DNA from: an uncultured Erysipelotrichaceae bacterium
GTDB lineage: Bacteria; Bacillota_I; Bacilli_A; RFN20; CAG-288
Assembly: GCA_902772915.1 (NCBI GenBank)
Contig: CACYCE010000022.1
Span: forward strand, 98,353 to 162,352
Length of the DNA: 64,000 nt
Direction: 5' to 3'
The first letter of the stretch is position 1. Each line of letters starts with the position of its first letter. The notes under the pieces were generated by a model that saw only the letters and a program-made list of their open reading frames with translations, did not search any database and had not been told where the DNA came from. Position numbers and translations under genes: made by a program. Below, piece by piece: positions 59,184 to 64,000 of the stretch.

Positions 59184-60791
59184 ATGGCTAAAAAAACATT
59201 TTACATCACCACTCCAATCTATTATGCCTCCGCTCATTTGCACATCGGGCATTCATATTGTGAAGTTATCACCGATTCTCTAGCTCGTTATAAAAGAGAA
59301 AGAGGATGCGATGTTTTCTTTTTGACTGGAGCGGATGAACACGGTCAAAAGATTGCAAAAAACGCTGAGAACGCTTCTATGACCCCTCAAGAATTTGTCG
59401 ATGATATTGCTAAAACTTTCATAGATACTTGGGGAAGAATGAAGATTTCTAATAATGACTTTATAAGAACTACTGATAAAAGACACGTGGAATTAGTTCA
59501 AAAAGTCTTCTCTAAATTATTGGAACAAGGTGACATATATTTAGGTAAATACGAAGGATGGTACTGCACTCCTGATGAATCGTTCTGGACTGACTCTCAA
59601 GTTGTAGTTGATGAAAATGGTAAACATATCTGTCCTGAATGCGGAAGAGAAGTTCATAGAGAGACAGAAGAAGCTTACTTCCTAAATTGCAAAAAGTACA
59701 TTCCTCAATTGTTAAAGTTCTATGATGAACATCCTGATTTTGTTCCTGATGGAAAATTAAACGAAATGATTAACACTTTTATCAAACCAGGATTAGAGGA
59801 TTTATGTATCACTAGAACTAATTTCTCTTGGGGTATACCTATTAAAGAGAATCCTAAACACGTAGTCTATGTTTGGATCGACGCTTTATTAAATTACATT
59901 TCCGCTTTAGGTTATTTATCTGATGATGAAACTCTATTTAATAAATTCTGGGGTGAAGAATCTGAAGTTGTTCATTTTGTCGGTAGAGAAATCAATAGAT
60001 TCCACACTATCTACTGGCCTATTCTATTGATGGCTTTAGGATTAAGATTACCTGATCACGTCTACGTTCACGGCTTATTGTTAACTAGATCGGGTGTTAA
60101 ATTATCTAAATCTCTAGGTAACGCTCCTTCACCTCTCCCTTTGATTGAAAGATACGGCTTAGATGCTCTTAGATATTACATGGTCAGAGAAATTCAAGTT
60201 GGAGAAGATGGTAATTTCACCCCTAAACAATTCGTCGAAAGAATCAACGTTGATTTAGTTAATTCATATGGTAATTTGTTAAATAGATCTCTATCTATGA
60301 TAAATAAATATTTCCAAGGTAAGATTCCTAATTATAAGAAACCTACCTCGGAAAGAATATTAAAAGCTTACCAAGATATTGAACTATACAGAAATCAATA
60401 TGAAACCCACATGGATAATTACGATGTTACTAAAGGTGCAGAAGACGCTATAAATTTAATTAATGTTGGTAATAAATTAATTGAAGAACAAGCTCCTTGG
60501 GCTCTAGCTAAAGATTCGACTAAGTTAGGTGAATTAGAAGATACTATGTATGTCTTAGTAGAAATCATAAGAAATGGTTCTATTTTATTAAGACCTTTCT
60601 TAGTAGATAAATCCGATGAGGCTTTAAATCAAATGAACACTCCTTCTAACGCTAGAAATTATGATTCATTAAAAGATGTAACTTTAATGAGCAATGTAAC
60701 TATAGGTAATTTATCTCAATTGTTCCCTCGATTAGATAAAGAGAAAGAAATAGCGTATTTAACCGAATTAATCGACGGTAAAGAAGAATAA
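59184..60791 (+). CDS. metG: methionyl-tRNA synthetase (short form)
   Basis: HIGH-type motif (AHLHIGHSYC), zinc knuckle CPECGRE, KMSKS-type motif KLSKSLGN. Confidence 0.93.
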   Translation: MAKKTFYITTPIYYASAHLHIGHSYCEVITDSLARYKRERGCDVFFLTGADEHGQKIAKNAENASMTPQEFVDDIAKTFIDTWGRMKISNNDFIRTTDKRHVELVQKVFSKLLEQGDIYLGKYEGWYCTPDESFWTDSQVVVDENGKHICPECGREVHRETEEAYFLNCKKYIPQLLKFYDEHPDFVPDGKLNEMINTFIKPGLEDLCITRTNFSWGIPIKENPKHVVYVWIDALLNYISALGYLSDDETLFNKFWGEESEVVHFVGREINRFHTIYWPILLMALGLRLPDHVYVHGLLLTRSGVKLSKSLGNAPSPLPLIERYGLDALRYYMVREIQVGEDGNFTPKQFVERINVDLVNSYGNLLNRSLSMINKYFQGKIPNYKKPTSERILKAYQDIELYRNQYETHMDNYDVTKGAEDAINLINVGNKLIEEQAPWALAKDSTKLGELEDTMYVLVEIIRNGSILLRPFLVDKSDEALNQMNTPSNARNYDSLKDVTLMSNVTIGNLSQLFPRLDKEKEIAYLTELIDGKEE

Positions 60792-60796
60792 AAAAT

Positions 60797-60825
60797 AAGG
60801 CCATCTCACAGAGATGACCTTTTTG
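60797..60825. terminator. bidirectional terminator between metG and convergent lipoprotein gene
   Basis: AAGGCCATCTC-acag-GAGATGACCTT followed by TTTT. Confidence 0.6.
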
Positions 60826-60871
60826 ATTTGTTTGTTTTGTTAATTCTGATTACAAATACTCTATTAGTAAT

Positions 60872-62161
60872 TTAATCTAAATCACCAGTAGGAATTTCAG
60901 TAGGAATAACTATAGAGTTATTTTGGATATCGGTAAGTTCTTCAGCAGTAAATAATTGGCTGTAGCTAACCCCACCATATTGAGCAGAGGTTGTATTTTC
61001 TAAGGTAGCTTCTTCAAGTTTAAATTCTAAAGAAAGTTTAGATAAGGAAGCGAATAAAGCAGAAGCGATAGCGATAGGGCTTCCAGTAGTAGAAGCTGTA
61101 ACAACATCACCTAAAGAACCAGAAGGAGTTTTGTTTAAACTAATGGTGCAGTTGAAATTAGAGACGTTAGCTTTGACATAAGAGTTAACAGGTAATTTAG
61201 AAGTAGCATCAAATTCAACAGCGACCTTAGCGGAGCTAGATTCACTTATAGATAAAGTATCGATAGTGATAGAGGTACCTTGAGGTAAGGATTCAACACC
61301 TAAAAGAGCTAATAATTGAGGTACAAGTTTATCCTTGTTAGCGGCGAAGTAATCGTTGATAGCTTTACCATTGAATTCTCTAGAGATGATTAAACCACCT
61401 TTAGAGGAAGTGTAGAACTTAGAAGTTGAAAAAGCGGAATCTTCAGTAGGGACGATTAAGGAAACAACTTGGCTGACATTTAAGTCAGCAACAGCAGGGA
61501 TGGTATCAGGGAAATATTTAGCATCGAAATTGACATCTTTGTTGTAGTAAGGGATAGCTAAGTTATCCTTCTTGTAAGAACCTTCATTAGTTTTACCCTG
61601 TAAAGTGGTATTGTAAGAAGCATCGATGTTGTTCTTGCTTTGAGCATATAAACCATTAGTGACTTGAACTTTGTTTTTGCTAGTTAAAGAATTTAATTTA
61701 GCAGAAGCGCTGATTCCACCTTGAAGTAAAGCTTGGACAGATTCAGGAAGGGTAACATTAGCTTCAGCATTACCGTTAGCGGTTACTTGGTTATCAAGAT
61801 AGACACCAACGTGTTCACCTTTACCAAAGGCAGTGAAAGTGGAGCTTTCAGTAAAAGAAGCGTTAGTAACAGCAGTAGCAGATAAACTTAAAGCGCTGTC
61901 GCCACTTCCAATAGTGGCGTTAACTTTGATGTTGGATTTTTCTTTGAAGGTAGAATTGCTTACAGCTTTGACAGATTTGTCTTCAGGAGTGGCAACAGTT
62001 CCATCCTTGTAAGCGTTAGCGATTTCTTCAGTCTTAGGTTTAGCGGTCTCTTTAGTAATTTCCTCTTTAACATTCATGTTGCTAGCAACAACGGGACCTC
62101 CGCCATTACAAGCAGATAGAGCTAATAAAGGAATGGCTAATAATAATATTGATTTTTTCAT
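60872..62161 (-). CDS. hypothetical surface lipoprotein
   Basis: Likely start is ATG 62161 (GGAGAAAATA RBS), giving MKKSILLLAIPLLALSACNGGG with lipobox LSAC. The track's 62233 start adds 24 aa without RBS. S/T/N-rich, no enzymatic motif. Confidence 0.6.
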   Translation of the reverse strand: MKKSILLLAIPLLALSACNGGGPVVASNMNVKEEITKETAKPKTEEIANAYKDGTVATPEDKSVKAVSNSTFKEKSNIKVNATIGSGDSALSLSATAVTNASFTESSTFTAFGKGEHVGVYLDNQVTANGNAEANVTLPESVQALLQGGISASAKLNSLTSKNKVQVTNGLYAQSKNNIDASYNTTLQGKTNEGSYKKDNLAIPYYNKDVNFDAKYFPDTIPAVADLNVSQVVSLIVPTEDSAFSTSKFYTSSKGGLIISREFNGKAINDYFAANKDKLVPQLLALLGVESLPQGTSITIDTLSISESSSAKVAVEFDATSKLPVNSYVKANVSNFNCTISLNKTPSGSLGDVVTASTTGSPIAIASALFASLSKLSLEFKLEEATLENTTSAQYGGVSYSQLFTAEELTDIQNNSIVIPTEIPTGDLD

Positions 62162-62308
62162 ATTTTCTCCTTTTGCTATTTTTAGCAATTTAATTATATA
62201 GTTTTTTAAAATAATAAAATAGTATTTTTTCATTTGACTTACACACCAAGTAGAGTTGGCGTTTATATTTTTCTTTTATAAATTTTATATAACATTAGTT
62301 ATATATAT

Positions 62309-62336
62309 TTGACTTAAGTTTAATTCTTGTTATAAT
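62309..62336 (+). promoter_or_regulatory. sigma-A type promoter for rpmG-secE-nusG
   Basis: TTGACT - 16 nt - TATAAT, about 45 nt upstream of the rpmG start. Confidence 0.55.
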
Positions 62337-62380
62337 TAAGTAGCATTTAACTTAGAACTTTTGGAGAAAGGAGTTTTTTA

Positions 62381-62527
62381 ATGCGTGAAAAGGTAATATT
62401 AGTCTGTACTAAATGTCTATCGCGAAATTACACTGTCAGCAAGAAAAAAGGCGAATCTAAAAGATTGGAAGTTAAAAAGTTCTGTCCTAAATGTAACGAA
62501 CATACATTGCATAAGGAAACAAGGTAG
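62381..62527 (+). CDS. rpmG: 50S ribosomal protein L33 (missing from the ORF track because <60 aa)
   Basis: Translation is [48 protein letters not shown]. Two CxxC pairs and a HTLH..ET motif are diagnostic of L33. GGAGAAAGGAG RBS. Canonical position before secE-nusG. Confidence 0.9.
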   Translation: MREKVILVCTKCLSRNYTVSKKKGESKRLEVKKFCPKCNEHTLHKETR

Positions 62528-62550
62528 AAAGGATATACACGTAGATAAGT

Positions 62551-62814
62551 ATGAAAAAATTAACTGCTTATTTTAAAGGTGTCGGTCAAGAAGCTAGACG
62601 TGTTAGATGGCCTTCTCGTTCTAAATTGTGGAAATCAGTTGGAACTGTCGTTCTAGTTACTGTTATAGCTGCCTTAGTTCTAGTTCTTTGCGACTTATTA
62701 GCTGCAAACTTACTAAGTGCGTTCGACAAACAAAAGCCGTCATCATCTGCTGCTTCTGCAGCGACTGTCTTAATTGACAATTTGAAATTATTTGGAGGAT
62801 TTATAAAATGGTAG
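62551..62814 (+). CDS. secE: preprotein translocase subunit SecE
   Basis: 87 aa. Conserved SecE motif (GVGQEARRVRWPSRSKLWKS) followed by a single TM. Confidence 0.88.
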   Translation: MKKLTAYFKGVGQEARRVRWPSRSKLWKSVGTVVLVTVIAALVLVLCDLLAANLLSAFDKQKPSSSAASAATVLIDNLKLFGGFIKW

Positions 62815-63530
62815 AAAAGAATTTAGATGAAGTTTTCGAACAAGATTTCGAAGAAGAAACTCAAGCTCCTAAAGCTGAGACTGTTGCAACTTCCGCTCCT
62901 GAAGAAGCCCCTAAAGGTGGCTATTCTTTAGATGAAGCTAAAGTCGATGAACAAGACGATGAAAAGCAATGGTACGTCGTCAATACGTATTCTGGAAGAG
63001 AAAAGATTGTTGCTGATTATTTAGAGAAGAGAAAAATCTCTATGAATCAAGAAAACTACATCTTCAGAATTGTCGTTCCTGAAAGGGAAGAATTAGTCTT
63101 AGATAAGAACAATAAACCTGTTATGAATAAGAAGACTAACGAACCTAAGAAGAAGATTGTCAATTTATATCCTGGTTATATCTTCGTGGAAGCTAACATG
63201 ACCGATTTAGCTTGGTATATCATCAGAAACACTCCTGGTGTTACTGGTTTGGTCGGATCTTCCGGTTCAGGTACTAAGCCTTTCCCTATTCCTAAAGAAG
63301 ATATGTTACCTATCTTAAAAGAGATGAATCTCTACGTTCCTGAAGTTAGAACTGACTTTGCTGTTGGTGATGTAGTTTATATCGCTGAAGGCGCCTTCGC
63401 TGGTCAAGAAGGTACTATTACTTCTGTTAATGATGTTGAAAAGACTGCTGAAGTTAACGTCGTCTTCTTTGGACGTCTCAACGAAGTCGTTTTACCTTTC
63501 TCTTCTTTAGATAAGAGCGCTGCTAAATAA
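62808..63530 (+). CDS. nusG: transcription termination/antitermination factor NusG (with N-terminal acidic extension)
   Basis: NGN domain (KQWYVVNTYSGREKIV...) and C-terminal KOW (VGDVVYIAEGAFAGQEGTITSV). ~40 aa acidic N-terminal extension. Confidence 0.9.
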   Translation: MVEKNLDEVFEQDFEEETQAPKAETVATSAPEEAPKGGYSLDEAKVDEQDDEKQWYVVNTYSGREKIVADYLEKRKISMNQENYIFRIVVPEREELVLDKNNKPVMNKKTNEPKKKIVNLYPGYIFVEANMTDLAWYIIRNTPGVTGLVGSSGSGTKPFPIPKEDMLPILKEMNLYVPEVRTDFAVGDVVYIAEGAFAGQEGTITSVNDVEKTAEVNVVFFGRLNEVVLPFSSLDKSAAK

Positions 63531-63653
63531 GCGCCCTTTTGTTTAAAGATAATTTCTAAGCATTACTTTTACAAAAATAAATATATTTTGATATATTTAT
63601 TGTATGTGAAAGAAAGCAAAACTTATTTGTAAATAGATATGGAGGTGTAAATC

Positions 63654-64000
63654 GTGAATAATTACGATGATAAAAACAACAACTCTTCAAGCCCTATAAG
63701 ACCTCGATTTAATTTTCTTTATGTCTTAATCGCAGTCGTTCTCTTCGTAGTTTTATATTTCATAATTATAAATGTCACAAGAACTCCTGCTACTAGATAT
63801 ACCGAGGCTGATATCTCTTCAACCGAGGGTGAGTTATATTCAATTTTAAATGAAAGAGATGTTATAGAATTGAGTTATGAAGGACATCCCGCAGCGAATT
63901 ATTTCAGAATTACTGGTAGATATTCTAAGAACGGTAATAGAAATGATTCTTCTGCAATTGTCACCTTTTACGCTGATATCAACTTTGATAACAAAGCTGC
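63654..64000 (+). CDS. 3'-truncated ORF encoding a membrane-anchored protein (runs off window end)
   Basis: GTG start with GGAGGTG RBS 6 nt upstream. N-terminal TM (FLYVLIAVVLFVVLYFIIINV). Open to nt 64000, and not in the ORF track because it has no stop within the window. Confidence 0.45.
   Translation, partial: MNNYDDKNNNSSSPIRPRFNFLYVLIAVVLFVVLYFIIINVTRTPATRYTEADISSTEGELYSILNERDVIELSYEGHPAANYFRITGRYSKNGNRNDSSAIVTFYADINFDNKA

Overview
This 64 kb window is a low-GC (~30%) chromosomal segment whose content and gene order fit an Acholeplasma-like Mollicute (or a closely related wall-less Firmicute) that uses the standard genetic code. TGA terminates genes here (for example cdsA) and Trp is TGG, so it is not a Mycoplasma or Spiroplasma. 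Phytoplasma is also unlikely, because the window carries a complete F1F0 ATP synthase operon (atpI-like, then atpBEFHAGDC), which phytoplasmas lack. The core is syntenic housekeeping DNA with high coding density, typically 2-20 nt gaps or ATGA/TAATG overlaps:
- the ATP synthase operon;
- rpsB-tsf;
- the Firmicute-type block pyrH-frr-uppS-cdsA-dxr-rseP-polC (no proS), followed by pepF;
- serS behind a T-box leader;
- an SRP RNA gene (ffs) upstream of tadA;
- a Mollicute-style oppABCDF operon with oversized OppB and OppD and a translationally coupled sixth gene;
- a TldD/TldE pair and glutathione peroxidase;
- a galK / TetR-lacZ (GH2) sugar island;
- rpmE, metG, and rpmG-secE-nusG (rpmG is absent from the ORF track).

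Six predicted surface lipoproteins with Cys lipoboxes are interspersed. They include a BspA-type LRR / Listeria-Bacteroides-repeat protein, an orphan OppA paralog and an InhA/M6-like HExxH metalloprotease. There is no CRISPR array, no integrase or transposase, and no recognisable prophage or defence cassette.

The least-explained loci are:
- a ~600 bp inverted-repeat-flanked remnant between galK and the TetR gene, carrying a truncated AAA-ATPase gene and a 28-bp perfect palindrome;
- a 180-nt GC-enriched leader upstream of rpsB;
- two gene pairs of unknown function (36017-39486, and 47829-49604 coupled to opp).

All calls rest on reading motifs in the translated ORFs and the raw sequence. No database search was run.
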